NCBI GenBank assembly: GCA_028288925.1 | Contig: JAQGHG010000005.1 | Location: forward strand, 15,991-79,990 | Source of the DNA: Patescibacteria group bacterium | GTDB lineage: Bacteria; Patescibacteriota; Saccharimonadia; UBA4664 | DNA: 64,000 bases | Direction: 5' to 3' | In this document: positions 56,372 to 64,000 of the stretch, one piece after another | Numbering within the stretch: the stretch's first letter is position 1 | How the letters are laid out: the number at the start of each line of letters is the position of its first letter | The notes under the pieces: model-generated | What the model was told of the DNA's origin: nothing | Database searches by the model: none | What the model saw: only the letters and a program-made list of their open reading frames with translations | Position numbers and translations under genes: made by a program

Positions 56372-58618
56372 ATGAAGTTATCGTTTAAACTTCTTACAGT
56401 TACGGTGGGTATTGCCGTGGTGTGCTTGGGCGTGGCGCTCGCGCTGGTGTACGGTGCTATCACTACGGCTATCCAAGGGCAAATTAACGCCCGGCAGCTC
56501 GAGATTAGCCATCAGACCATCGACAAGATTGACCGTTTTATGGCTGAGCGCCAGGTCGATATTCAGGCTTTGGGTCAGCAGGATCAACTGCAGCGCTTTA
56601 TCTCCGCGCGTCTGACTGACACGTCTAAGGCCGAGGCTACTAATAATATGAACGCTTTCAAGGCCTACGCTGCCGACTGGAGCGATTTGGGTATTCTGGA
56701 TTTGAACGGCAGCATCGTGGCCTCGACGAACGCGAAGCTATTGGGACCGAAGCTGCTCAGTGATTACCCTCAGCTGAGCGAGCTCTACCAAAGAGCCCGC
56801 AAAGGTGAGATAGCGTATTCGGATGCGTTTCCGTCACTGGGTACCCACAAAGCGGTGTTCGTATATATGGCGCCGATCCGCCGCAACGGCACGGTCGTGG
56901 GTGTGGTCGGTGGAAATGTCGCTTGGTCTTCGGTGATTAGCATCCTCCAGAGCGTCAAAGGTTCGACGGCCAATTTGGTGAACCGGGATGGTCTGTTGCT
57001 TGGAGATAACGAACCCAATGATGAGGCTGAATTTTTGTACAAAGATTACAGCAACACGGCGGCTTTTGCCCACGCCCGGTCAAAAGCCGCCGACTCGACT
57101 GTACTGCCGGAACTCGATCACCCCAAGAAACAAGCGGTAAACTCGCACGTTGTTGAGTCGGGGTACAAGTCGTATCGCGGCAATGGTTGGATCTTGATAC
57201 TGGACACACCCACGGACGTGGCGTTTGGTCCGGCTCGCCGGTTGACGTTTAGTGTCTTTGGTATTATCGCCGCCGTGGTGGTGTTGGGTATTTTGGCTAT
57301 CTTCTTCTTCGTGAATCGCAGCATTATGCAGCCGATCCGATTGCTGAGCCGGGCCGTAAACCGGGTGGCGTTGGGGGATTTGACCCAAACGGTAAATGTA
57401 AAGTCGAGAGACGAGCTAGGGGTATTGGGCCGTAACTTCAACGAAATGACGTTTCAGTTAGCCGACACTCACCGGGGCCTAGAGACGGCCAGCCGGGCCG
57501 CCAAGGAAGATCGCGCGCAGCTGGAGTCGTCGATCAACAGTCTACGGCAGGGCTTTATTTTGACCGATGGTAGCGGCGGGACAACTATCCTCAACCAATC
57601 GGCGCGCAAGATGTTTGGCGCGCGTAACGACTCGGACGAGCTTTCTCTGGAGACTATCGCCAAGGTGCTGCCGGAAGATCTCAACTTAGTGGAGCAGGTT
57701 CACCAGACGTTGTTTAAGCATAAGCCCGCGAAATTCACGTATTTGCCGATCCGCAACCGGTTTGTGAGTCTCTATCTGACTCCGGTACTCAATGAGAACA
57801 GCCCGATTGGCTGTGTGCTGCTGTTTGACGACGTGACCGAGGAGCGGATTTTGCAGCGGTCGCGCGATGAGTTTTTCTCTATCGCCTCGCACGAATTACG
57901 CACACCACTCACGGCCATCCGGGGCAACGCGGCGCTGATTGAGCAGTATTATCCCAAGATGCTGGAGGATTCAAACTTGCGCGAGATGGTGCAGGATATC
58001 CATGCGTCGAGTACCCGCCTGATCGAAATCGTGAACGACTTCCTGGACGCATCACGGCTGGAGCAAGGCAAGATGAAGTTTGAATACTCGGTGTTTTCGG
58101 TAGAGGAGGTGATCGAGAAAGTAATCTATGAGCTGGCGGGCGTGAGCCGCGACAAGAAGCTGTACTTGCGCTTTGAGCACAACCCGAAGAGCTTGCCCCA
58201 AGTCTACGCCGACCTAAACCGTGTAAAGCAGATCGTCTACAACTTGATCGGAAACGCTATGAAGTTTACTGAGACCGGTGGGATCACTATTCGGGCCGAG
58301 ATTGACGGCCGCAATCTGAAAGTGTTGATAAACGATTCCGGCCGTGGCATCTCAGAAGAAGGTCAGCAGTTGCTGTTCCATAAGTTTCAGCAGACCGGCG
58401 CGAGTTTGATTACACGGGACACCACTCGTGGCACCGGCCTGGGCCTGTATATCTCAAAGCTTCTGGCCGAGCGGATGGGCGGCCGGATTCGGCTGGAGAA
58501 GTCTGAGATTGATAAGGGCAGCGTATTTAGCTTCTCCCTGCCCCTAGCGGAGGTAGTGAACGCTATGACGAAGCCGGCTTCCGCCGCCGCCCCTACCAAG
58601 GCCAAGCGTAAGGCCTAG
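56372..58618 (+). CDS. Sensor histidine kinase (Cache-like, HAMP, PAS, HisKA, HATPase)
   Basis: Large extracytoplasmic domain, DELG.L...FN.M, SHELRTPL, GTGLGL. Confidence 0.95.
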   Translation: MKLSFKLLTVTVGIAVVCLGVALALVYGAITTAIQGQINARQLEISHQTIDKIDRFMAERQVDIQALGQQDQLQRFISARLTDTSKAEATNNMNAFKAYAADWSDLGILDLNGSIVASTNAKLLGPKLLSDYPQLSELYQRARKGEIAYSDAFPSLGTHKAVFVYMAPIRRNGTVVGVVGGNVAWSSVISILQSVKGSTANLVNRDGLLLGDNEPNDEAEFLYKDYSNTAAFAHARSKAADSTVLPELDHPKKQAVNSHVVESGYKSYRGNGWILILDTPTDVAFGPARRLTFSVFGIIAAVVVLGILAIFFFVNRSIMQPIRLLSRAVNRVALGDLTQTVNVKSRDELGVLGRNFNEMTFQLADTHRGLETASRAAKEDRAQLESSINSLRQGFILTDGSGGTTILNQSARKMFGARNDSDELSLETIAKVLPEDLNLVEQVHQTLFKHKPAKFTYLPIRNRFVSLYLTPVLNENSPIGCVLLFDDVTEERILQRSRDEFFSIASHELRTPLTAIRGNAALIEQYYPKMLEDSNLREMVQDIHASSTRLIEIVNDFLDASRLEQGKMKFEYSVFSVEEVIEKVIYELAGVSRDKKLYLRFEHNPKSLPQVYADLNRVKQIVYNLIGNAMKFTETGGITIRAEIDGRNLKVLINDSGRGISEEGQQLLFHKFQQTGASLITRDTTRGTGLGLYISKLLAERMGGRIRLEKSEIDKGSVFSFSLPLAEVVNAMTKPASAAAPTKAKRKA

Positions 58619-59334
58619 CCGATAGTCGTGTGGAACAGGCGGCCGATGAAGTAGGTGGCGCCGGCCGCGATGATGAGGACGAGTAGCTGGCGCGCTGCGG
58701 CGCGGACCCAGCGGCCGTTGGTGGTGTTGCCGAGGTAGGCGCCGATGCCGAGCGCCGCCAGGGCCGACACCGCGAGCGAGGTGACAATGGCTGTTCCGCC
58801 GCGCAGCGGAAACCAAGGGATGAGCGGTACGAGCGCACCAAGCGAGAACATTACAAAGGAAGAGCCGGCTGAGCCCCAGGCTGAGCCGAGCTCGTCGGGG
58901 TTGATGCCGAGTTTGCCGCGCGCGTATACGGCCATGGCCTTTTCTGGATCGCGCGAGATCTCTTGACTGGCGGCGGTGGCGGTGGCGGGCGTCATGCCGT
59001 CTTCGATCATGACATCCCGGAGGATGGCCTTGGCGTTTCCCGGGTCGCTGCGGAGTTGCTCGCGCTCGGCCTCGAGGATGCTTGAGAGCAGTTCTACCTG
59101 ACCGCGCATCGAGATGTACTCCCCCACCGCCATCGAGCAGGCCCCAGCGATGAGGCTGGCGATACCCGCTACTTGGATGATGCCCGGCGAGGCGCCGGCG
59201 CCGGCCACGCCCAGAATGAGCGATACGTTCGTCACCAAGCCGTCGCTCACGCCGAGCAGGGCCGCGCGGGCGGTGCCGCTCTGGGCCTGCTCAATTTTCT
59301 TGTGGGATTTGGGCTTGGGTGTAGTGGCCTTCAT
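58615..59334 (-). CDS. VIT1/CCC1 Fe/Mn transporter
   Basis: G.SDGL, AGA.SMA.GEY.S, GA.VPL.P. Confidence 0.93.
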   Translation of the reverse strand: MKATTPKPKSHKKIEQAQSGTARAALLGVSDGLVTNVSLILGVAGAGASPGIIQVAGIASLIAGACSMAVGEYISMRGQVELLSSILEAEREQLRSDPGNAKAILRDVMIEDGMTPATATAASQEISRDPEKAMAVYARGKLGINPDELGSAWGSAGSSFVMFSLGALVPLIPWFPLRGGTAIVTSLAVSALAALGIGAYLGNTTNGRWVRAAARQLLVLIIAAGATYFIGRLFHTTIG

Positions 59335-59354
59335 GTAGCCTATTTTACCAACGA

Positions 59355-60005
59355 CTAGCCGAGGATGCTAATGGCGCGGGCAGCCACTAGTACTACGGTC
59401 ACAAGCGCGGTGATCGATTGGATCATCATGAGGATCTTGGCCCGGTGGGATAGCGGCACCGTATCGGCCGAGGCGAAGTTGGTGACATTGGTGGCCGAGA
59501 GGTAGAGATAGTCGGTAAATCCTGGCAACCAGCCGGCGGGAGAAAATTTGGGGTGAGCCATCTGGGTGAAGAGAAAGTCCACTCCGGAACGCCGCGTAGT
59601 TCGCCGGTCCGGCCCGCCTCCGTCCATCTCCCAGTAGCCGAGCGCGAACATAAAGATATTGGTGACATAAATGGCCACTCCATTGGCCAGAAGTTCGCGT
59701 CCGGTGAGGGTGGTATGGCCGTTTATGAGGACTTCGAGCAGGAGAAGTAGCGACACCATATTTACCACGGCGATGATGGTGATGAGCGACATGGTGAGGG
59801 TACGGCGTGGGCGGGAGACCCGGTGGTAGGCGTCCGGCGTCACTACGGCCAGGGCGGCCATCAGGAGTATCTCCAGGCCGATGAGCAGGAATTTGTTGTA
59901 GGGCAAAAGGGCCGGCGCGGTGAGGAGCTGCAAGATGATTACGACGATCACTCCGAGCTGCAAGTGCCAGATGGGGTCGTGCGTGCGGCGGAATATTTTG
60001 CTCAT
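59355..60005 (-). CDS. DUF1345-like membrane protein
   Basis: YWEMD.GGP, DFLF.Q, W.P.F.DYLY.S.TN..F..D..PL. Confidence 0.82.
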   Translation of the reverse strand: MSKIFRRTHDPIWHLQLGVIVVIILQLLTAPALLPYNKFLLIGLEILLMAALAVVTPDAYHRVSRPRRTLTMSLITIIAVVNMVSLLLLLEVLINGHTTLTGRELLANGVAIYVTNIFMFALGYWEMDGGGPDRRTTRRSGVDFLFTQMAHPKFSPAGWLPGFTDYLYLSATNVTNFASADTVPLSHRAKILMMIQSITALVTVVLVAARAISILG

Positions 60006-60127
60006 GTAAAGATACCGAGCAATCCGTGCAGAAGGCCAATAATGGCGTCGATGAAGGCCTTGGCGAGGTTAAGAATGGCTTCGAAGAAGTGAACGATGAG
60101 GGTGAGGAGGCTGGTAATGAGATCCAT
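60002..60127 (-). CDS. 41-aa amphipathic helical peptide
   Basis: Manual translation MDLITSLLTLIVHFFEAILNLAKAFIDAIIGLLHGLLGIFT*; ATGA overlap with the next gene; TAGAAT 6 nt upstream. Confidence 0.68.
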   Translation of the reverse strand: MDLITSLLTLIVHFFEAILNLAKAFIDAIIGLLHGLLGIFT

Positions 60128-60136
60128 GTTTTTATT

Positions 60137-61216
60137 CTAGTTGATGTAGCCCTTAGCGACCAGGAGTTCGGCCATTAGTATGGCGCCTCCGGCCGCGCCT
60201 CGGATGGTGTTGTGAGAGAGCGCGATAAACTGCCAGTCATGTGCGCGGCCGGGGCGAAGCCTGCCCATGGTAATGCCCATGCCGCCGTATATTCCCCGGT
60301 CGAGGCCGGTCTGAGGGCGGTCGGGCTCGTCGAAGTAGGTGATGAATTGCTTGGGCGCCGAGGGGAGATTCAGGCCGGCGATGGGATTAAGGTACCGCGT
60401 GACGGATTCGAGGATCTGGTCTTTGGTGGGGTTTCGGTCAAACGTAACGCTGACGCTTGCCAGGTGGCCGTCGGCTACCGGGACGCGAATGCAGGTGGCC
60501 GCGATGGCGGGCGCCGTGGCCGGCTGGAGTTTGCCGTCGTGGAGGGAGCCCCAGATTTTGAGCGGTTCTTGCTCCGATTTTTCCTCTTCACCCCCGATGA
60601 ACGGAATGACGTTGTCGGTCATTTCGGGCCAAGTAGCGAAGGTTTTTCCGGCTCCGGATATCGCTTGCAAGCTAGTGACTACAACGTGGGCCGGGCCGAA
60701 CTGTCGCAGCGCCGTCAATACAGGGACGTAGGTCTGGATGGAGCAGTTTGGCTTGACGGCGATGAGACCGGCTTTCCATCCCCGCTTGCGGCGTTGGATG
60801 GGTATGAGCTCGGCATGCTCCGGGTTTACTTCTGGTATCAGCATGGGAATATCGTCTGTCCAGCGGTGCGCTGAATTGTTGGAAATTACCGGGATTCCGG
60901 CGGCGGCGTAGGCGATCTCAATATCTTTAATGGCGGCTTTGTCCATGTCGAGGGCGCAAAACACCAGATCGGCCTGGGCGGCGATGCTGCTGAGGTCTTC
61001 TCCGACCGCCTGGACCTTGAGCTTCGCTAGGGGCGCGGGGATGGCGTCGGCCATCGCCCAGCGGCCGGCTACGGCCTGAGCGTAGGTCTTGCCGCGCGAA
61101 CGCGGCGAGGCGGCCAGAGCGGTAATCTGGAACCAAGGATGACCCGTGAGCAAGGTGACGAAGCGCTGTCCGACCATGCCAGTCGCTCCAAGAATACCGA
61201 CGCGAAGCTTCTTCAT
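60137..61216 (-). CDS. asd: Aspartate-semialdehyde dehydrogenase
   Basis: GATGMVGQRF, PEVN, PNCS, QAISGAG, HNTIRGAAG. Confidence 0.97.
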   Translation of the reverse strand: MKKLRVGILGATGMVGQRFVTLLTGHPWFQITALAASPRSRGKTYAQAVAGRWAMADAIPAPLAKLKVQAVGEDLSSIAAQADLVFCALDMDKAAIKDIEIAYAAAGIPVISNNSAHRWTDDIPMLIPEVNPEHAELIPIQRRKRGWKAGLIAVKPNCSIQTYVPVLTALRQFGPAHVVVTSLQAISGAGKTFATWPEMTDNVIPFIGGEEEKSEQEPLKIWGSLHDGKLQPATAPAIAATCIRVPVADGHLASVSVTFDRNPTKDQILESVTRYLNPIAGLNLPSAPKQFITYFDEPDRPQTGLDRGIYGGMGITMGRLRPGRAHDWQFIALSHNTIRGAAGGAILMAELLVAKGYIN

Positions 61217-62247
61217 AGTGCCTTGGTAGCCTCCAGGATGTCGCCAAACACACCGGCGGCTGTGACTTCCGCTCCTGCGCCGGCCCCCTGAACTACCAAG
61301 GGCGTTTCGTGGTAGCGCTCGGTAGTCATGACGACGATGTTATCGGCGCCCTTGAGGCTGCCGACGGCGGTGGCTTGGCCGACTGCCTCCAGGCCGACCC
61401 GGCACGAGGCGGGACCGACGGTGGCGACATAGCGCAGTACTTGGCCGTTTTGGCGGGCGGCTTCGGTTTTACGGCGGTAGCTCTCGTCAAGTTCGGGCAG
61501 ATTTTTGATAAATTCTTCTTTGGAAAGGGTCTGCATTGTCTCAGGATATAGTTTTTCTATCTTGATGTCGCTAAGTTCAATTGATTGCCCAAGTATCCGG
61601 GCCAATATTAAGGCCTTGCGCGCGACGTCTATACCGGAGAGGTCATCTCTGGGGTCGGGCTCGGTGAACCCGCGTTTTTTGGCTTCGAGGACAGCTTGCG
61701 AGAACAGGCTGCCGCTCTCTAGTTGAGAGAATATAAAGCCTAATGTGCCGCTAAAGCAACCTTGGATACCGGCTACTTCGTCGCCGGTGGCGAGCAGGGC
61801 TTTAAGGGTTTGTATCACCGGCAAGCCGGCTCCCACCGTGGTCTCGTAAAACAGGCGCTTGCCACCGGCGGCGTGCAACGCGTTGAAGTTATCGGAGGAG
61901 CCGCTCAGAGGCCTCTTGTTGGCTGTCACGACAGCCCCTCCCCGGCCGAGAGCCTGGAATATGACGGGCAGGGTTCGATCGGATGAGGTGGTATCGATGA
62001 GTATAAATGGCTGTGGTACGCGCTCGATGCACTGTGCCAGCTCTGCTGAGTCTGCGCTGGGGAAGGCTTTGATCTGTGCGGCGGTAAGGCCGCGCGGCTC
62101 AAAGACGCCGGCGCTGCCCGTAAACAGCCCGCTGTAGACAAGTTCGATATCCATATCATGCTTGAGCCTGGGCGCGCTGTCGATAATCTGGCGCAGGACG
62201 GCGCGCCCAACGTTTCCGACTCCCATGTGTAGTACGTGATAGCGCAT
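61213..62247 (-). CDS. Homoserine dehydrogenase (ThrA-type domain, stand-alone)
   Basis: G.GNVG, TANK, ETTVGAGLP, FTEPDPRDDLSG.DVARK, GAGAG..VTA. Confidence 0.93.
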   Translation of the reverse strand: MRYHVLHMGVGNVGRAVLRQIIDSAPRLKHDMDIELVYSGLFTGSAGVFEPRGLTAAQIKAFPSADSAELAQCIERVPQPFILIDTTSSDRTLPVIFQALGRGGAVVTANKRPLSGSSDNFNALHAAGGKRLFYETTVGAGLPVIQTLKALLATGDEVAGIQGCFSGTLGFIFSQLESGSLFSQAVLEAKKRGFTEPDPRDDLSGIDVARKALILARILGQSIELSDIKIEKLYPETMQTLSKEEFIKNLPELDESYRRKTEAARQNGQVLRYVATVGPASCRVGLEAVGQATAVGSLKGADNIVVMTTERYHETPLVVQGAGAGAEVTAAGVFGDILEATKAL

Positions 62248-63671
62248 TACAGTGACACCTTGGCTTTGCCCATCTTGAAGGCGCGATGGGTGCTCTGGGC
62301 GGCTTCGCTCACGTCGTCCATGGAGATTACAAGGGAAATGTTCCGCTCAGAGGAGCCTTGGGCGATGGCCATGATATTGATCTGCGCGTCGCCCAACGCA
62401 GTGAAAATCCGGCCGGCCACACCAAAGTGTCCTTTCATCCCCTCCCCTACCACGGCTACGATGGCCAAGCTCTCTTGAATAGCGACGGCTTCGATGGTGT
62501 TCTCGGTAAGATTTTGATGGAAGGCTTTTTGGAGAATCTTTACGGCTTTGCCACCGTCTTGGTGCATGACGATGAATGAAATATTGAATTCTGATGAAGC
62601 TTGGGAAATGAAGAGAACGTTGATATCGGCCCTAGCTACCTCGCCGAAGACTCTGCCGGCAACACCCGGCACACCTAGCATGCCTTTGCCCTGAACCGTA
62701 ATGAGTGAGACGTTTTTGAGGATGGAGATAGCTTTGCCGCCATACTCGGACGCATGGATTTGTCCGGATATTTTGGTGCCGGGGTGAGTGGGGTTGAAGG
62801 TGTTTTTGATCCAAATCGGGATCATTTTGCGCGCAGCCGGCACCATCGTCAGAGGATGTAGCACGTTGGCGCCAAAGTACGATAGCTCCGCGGCTTCATT
62901 GTAGGATAACGCGCCGATGGTGTGGGCGTCGGAGACCATCTTTGGATCGGCCGTCATGACGCCGTCGACGTCGGTCCAGATTTCGACCGCGGCGGCGTCT
63001 AAGCAGTAGCCCAGAATGGTGGCCGAATAATCCGAAGCGCCGCGCCCCAGGGTGGTGGTAATGCCGCCGGCGGTGGCGCCCATATACCCGGTAACGACGG
63101 GAATGCGGCCTTTTTTGAACAATTCTTGGATGATAGGTCTGGCTTGGCGCTGGGATTCCTCGAGATGGGGAGCGGCGTTCCCGAAAGTATCGGACGTCAC
63201 GATGAGTGCGCCGGCGTCTATCGGATCCGCGGGGACACCTATGGCCGTTAGGGCCTGCGCCAGGAGCCGGACGCTGATCCGCTCGCCGAACGACACAATG
63301 AGATCGTGGGCCCTGGGCGTGAGCTCTCCCAGCTCAAGAATGCTATCAAGCAGCTTGCGAAGATGCGCCAGGTGCGCTTCCACGGTGGTGCGGAGACCGG
63401 CGGCGGCCGCGTCATCGAGCCGTAAGCCTGATATTGCTTCCAGGTGAATGGTTTGGAGATGCTTGAAATCGCGGTTGAGACCGGCCATATTCTTGCCCGC
63501 GGCGTGCCGGCCGGCGCTCACGAGTGTGTTGGTGACTGAGCTCATGGCCGAGATTACCACCACGACGTTGCGTTGCTTCTTGGCTTTGGCCACGATGCCG
63601 GCGACAGTCCGGATGCGGTCTGCGCTGCCGACCGACGTACCGCCAAACTTCATGATTATAGGGCCGGTCAT
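62247..63671 (-). CDS. Aspartokinase with two ACT domains
   Basis: KFGGTSVG, TLGRGASDYSA, WTDVDG, QASSE and QGSSE ACT motifs. Confidence 0.95.
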   Translation of the reverse strand: MTGPIIMKFGGTSVGSADRIRTVAGIVAKAKKQRNVVVVISAMSSVTNTLVSAGRHAAGKNMAGLNRDFKHLQTIHLEAISGLRLDDAAAAGLRTTVEAHLAHLRKLLDSILELGELTPRAHDLIVSFGERISVRLLAQALTAIGVPADPIDAGALIVTSDTFGNAAPHLEESQRQARPIIQELFKKGRIPVVTGYMGATAGGITTTLGRGASDYSATILGYCLDAAAVEIWTDVDGVMTADPKMVSDAHTIGALSYNEAAELSYFGANVLHPLTMVPAARKMIPIWIKNTFNPTHPGTKISGQIHASEYGGKAISILKNVSLITVQGKGMLGVPGVAGRVFGEVARADINVLFISQASSEFNISFIVMHQDGGKAVKILQKAFHQNLTENTIEAVAIQESLAIVAVVGEGMKGHFGVAGRIFTALGDAQINIMAIAQGSSERNISLVISMDDVSEAAQSTHRAFKMGKAKVSL

Positions 63672-64000
63672 AGCGAAGCCTCCAGGGCGGCGAGGCTGCC
63701 TTCTACCACGCGGTAGGGATTGGCGAACGGGCCGTCTGTCTGGTGGTATTTAACGCCGGCTTCGGTAAACTTGAGGGCCGAGGCGGTCGATATGGCCACC
63801 ACCGTGTCGGACGGCTTCACGATTCCCTGTGCCCGCGCTTGCAACACGGCATGCACGGCGACGGCTCCCTGGGGGCAGATATTGGCTCCGCCGCGCATGA
63901 ATCTGGCCCAGGTGTCGGTGATTTCGGCCTCGCTGGAGCGGTAGAACCGCAAGTCGAATTTATCGTGTAGCTTCTTGATGCGCGGGAAGCTCACAGGATC
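63668..64000 (-). CDS. thrC: Threonine synthase, C-terminal part (starts beyond window)
   Basis: DPVSFPR, CPQGAVA, VV.ISTA..LKF; operon context. Confidence 0.82.
   Translation of the reverse strand, partial: DPVSFPRIKKLHDKFDLRFYRSSEAEITDTWARFMRGGANICPQGAVAVHAVLQARAQGIVKPSDTVVAISTASALKFTEAGVKYHQTDGPFANPYRVVEGSLAALEASL

Noticed and set aside
1-64000. Prophage, transposon, DGR, tRNA or rRNA
   Set aside because: No integrase, transposase, reverse transcriptase, capsid gene or structural RNA signature was recognised; the fibre-like protein has a signal peptide and no phage neighbours

Overview
Bacterial chromosomal segment, GC-rich, standard genetic code. It is most likely Patescibacteria/CPR, probably Saccharimonadia, inferred from the CPR-type conserved protein next to rplL, the N-terminally extended L1 and the fibre-like surface protein. 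Housekeeping blocks: cysS-nrnA-recR-ybaB, dnaX-dnaB, rplJL, secE-nusG-rplKA, typA, aspS. Accessory content: a glycosylation/GH130 cluster, a folate/one-carbon/thymidylate region (folA-rimK-like-folP-folC-folE, glyA, thyA), a kinase-nucleotidyltransferase-HIT/Nudix-deaminase operon, three orphan histidine kinases and an aspartate-to-threonine operon. Top observations: (1) an identical four-codon micro-ORF, Met-Lys-His-Pro-stop, lies 45-66 nt upstream of glyA, folE and folA, varying only at third codon positions, and ThyA itself begins with MKHP, suggesting an undescribed folate regulon; (2) an ultrashort-Stem-I T-box of the actinobacterial ileS architecture, here with an Asp specifier and a transcription terminator, precedes aspS; (3) a PTPS/QueD-like protein lacking the Zn-binding histidines is coupled to thyA. 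No rRNA, tRNA, CRISPR array or transposase was recognised. All calls come from motif recognition by eye; no searches were run.
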